Assembly: GCA_001929475.1 (NCBI GenBank)
Contig: LXFE01002711.1
Coordinates: 1 to 51,559 of the forward strand
Direction: 5' to 3'
Origin: Neolecta irregularis DAH-3
Taxonomy: Eukaryota
DNA: 51,559 bases
The notes below the pieces were generated by a model that saw only the letters and a list, made by a program, of their open reading frames with translations, was not told the origin of the DNA and made no database searches. This document shows, one piece after another, positions 51,438 to 51,559 of the stretch (position 1 is the first letter of the stretch; every line of letters begins with the position of its first letter). A program made the translations under genes and the position numbers.

Positions 51438-51559
51438 AGGCGGAGGCAAGAAGATGCGTACAAAAACATGCCATGAACAAGGACTCGGGGTCGGATCCTC
51501 GGGTAGCTGCAAGCTCCAGCGCTGTCGCTCCGGTTTTTGGCGCAGAAATGTCACACCAC
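51438..51559 (+). repeat. 122-bp direct repeat, copy B (runs to window end)
   Basis: 121/122 identical to 39149-39270. Confidence 0.95.

Overview
Gene-dense, intron-rich fungal DNA. Introns are mostly about 34-60 nt and intergenic gaps are often 50-150 bp. It most likely comes from an early-diverging ascomycete (Taphrinomycotina, Neolecta-like); this is inferred from the gene set, intron style and an Mbx1-type MADS-box gene. I can support 24 protein-coding genes: VPS4, prefoldin-6, RPA34, GRC3, SCOT/OXCT, GAA1, OTU1, BUD20, AMSH/sst2, TRM44, a TFIIIC subunit-6 domain gene, eIF2A, a GH17 glucanase, two tandem GH72 Gas/Gel genes, MSH2, ATG26, FCP1, MOG1, a SprT/HMG (GCNA-like) gene, FKS1, MADS-box mbx1, RPS26 and a CBS-PB1 (Mug70-like) gene. 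Also present: a degenerate hAT-like non-autonomous element near the left end, and a 122-bp near-identical copy of FKS1 upstream sequence after an N-gap at the right end. The strongest signal is a beta-1,3-glucan module: GH17, two GH72 genes, the glucan synthase and an adjacent MEF2-type MADS regulator, with a shared GAGGCTAWWWWT(A/G)G promoter element in two of the genes. From recalled S. pombe gene order (not checked here), this one block seems to join the neighbours of all four fission-yeast bgs paralogues, so it may approximate the ancestral single glucan-synthase locus. CDS coordinates are gene spans including introns, worked out by hand; some start codons are uncertain.
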